From Abditibacteriaceae bacterium (GTDB lineage Bacteria; Armatimonadota; Abditibacteriia; Abditibacteriales; Abditibacteriaceae), in contig JANMKN010000300.1 of NCBI GenBank assembly GCA_031372065.1, forward strand, positions 1 to 46,200: 46,200 nucleotides of DNA. The letters are read 5' to 3'. The number at the start of each line of letters is the position of its first letter. The first letter of the stretch is position 1. Below the pieces are notes generated by a model that was given only the letters and a program-made list of their open reading frames with translations, did not search any database and was not told the origin of the DNA. The translations under genes were made by a program, and so were the position numbers. Shown here in pieces: positions 45,704-46,200 of this stretch.

Positions 45704-46200
45704 AAAAGCACCTGACACGCGCGTGTCAGGTGCTTTTCGTTGCTCAAAAGCACTTGTCACGCCCGTGAGAATGCCTTTAGACGCTTAAAAGCTGTCGTCA
45801 CGGGCGTGAGAATGACTTTCGACGCTCAAAAGCTGTTGTCACGGGCGTGTCAGGTGCTTTTTGTTGCTCGAAAGCTGTTGGCACGGGCGTGAGAATGCCT
45901 TTAGACGCTTAAAAGTCATTCTCACGCCCGTGTCAGGTGTTTTTTGTTGCTCGAAAGTTGTTGATTGGCACCAATCAACAACTTTTAAGCCTCGTTTGGT
46001 GTTGATTTGCGCCAATCAACAACTTTCGAGGCTCGTTTGGTGCTGATTGGCGCAAATTAACAACTTTTAAGCCTCGTTTGGTGCTGATTGGCGCCAATCA
46101 ACAACTTTAGACGCTCGTTTGGTGGTTATTGGGGCAAAACAGGTGATTTTTTGTGGGCGAAAGTTGTTGTTTTGAGCCAATCAAATACTTTTGCTCGCTT
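45704..46200. repeat. Array 4 of 41-bp palindromic units (about 12 units, two arm families), running off the window end
   Basis: CACG-nn-CGTG cores at 45716, 45758, 45799, 45840, 45882, 45923; then GATTGG-nn-CCAATC cores at 45963, 46004, 46045, 46086 and degenerate copies at about 46127 and 46169. Confidence 0.95.

Noticed and set aside
45704..46200. CRISPR array interpretation of the 41-bp arrays (also 9890-10185, 25784-25990, 28870-29002)
   Set aside because: There are no unique spacers: variable parts are reused palindromic arms and the constant part is only about 7 nt. The period is shorter than a repeat plus spacer, and no cas genes are in the window.

Overview
A bacterial chromosomal window of moderately high GC with about 36 protein-coding genes. 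The gene style suggests Armatimonadota/Abditibacteriota, which is inference only. I found no rRNA, tRNA, CRISPR array, integrase or transposase. In order, the window holds: (1) recQ, trxB and a TrxR-like ferredoxin-NADP reductase; (2) a class III cyclase, a Gfo/Idh/MocA oxidoreductase, a lipoprotein glutathione peroxidase and a DUF433 fusion; (3) pterin-4a-carbinolamine dehydratase, xylB, and sucC/sucD split by a zinc-ribbon gene; (4) secreted DUF4139, FG-GAP and LysM proteins and aspartate kinase; (5) a MarR-TolC-long adaptor-MacB-type export operon and a fused ABC exporter; (6) glycan-degrading enzymes, a stand-alone double-AP2 protein and a WD40 protein. The most striking unexplained signal is non-coding. 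Four intergenic arrays (about 9.9, 25.8, 28.9 and 45.7-46.2 kb) share one geometry: a 16-bp arm, a 2-3-nt centre, an inverted 16-bp arm and a 7-nt linker (GACGCTC/GAGGCTC-like), repeated every 41-42 bp. Arm sequences differ between arrays, are shuffled combinatorially, and switch family within an array without losing register. Several unrelated long inverted repeats and two heptamer-based hairpins fill other intergenic gaps.
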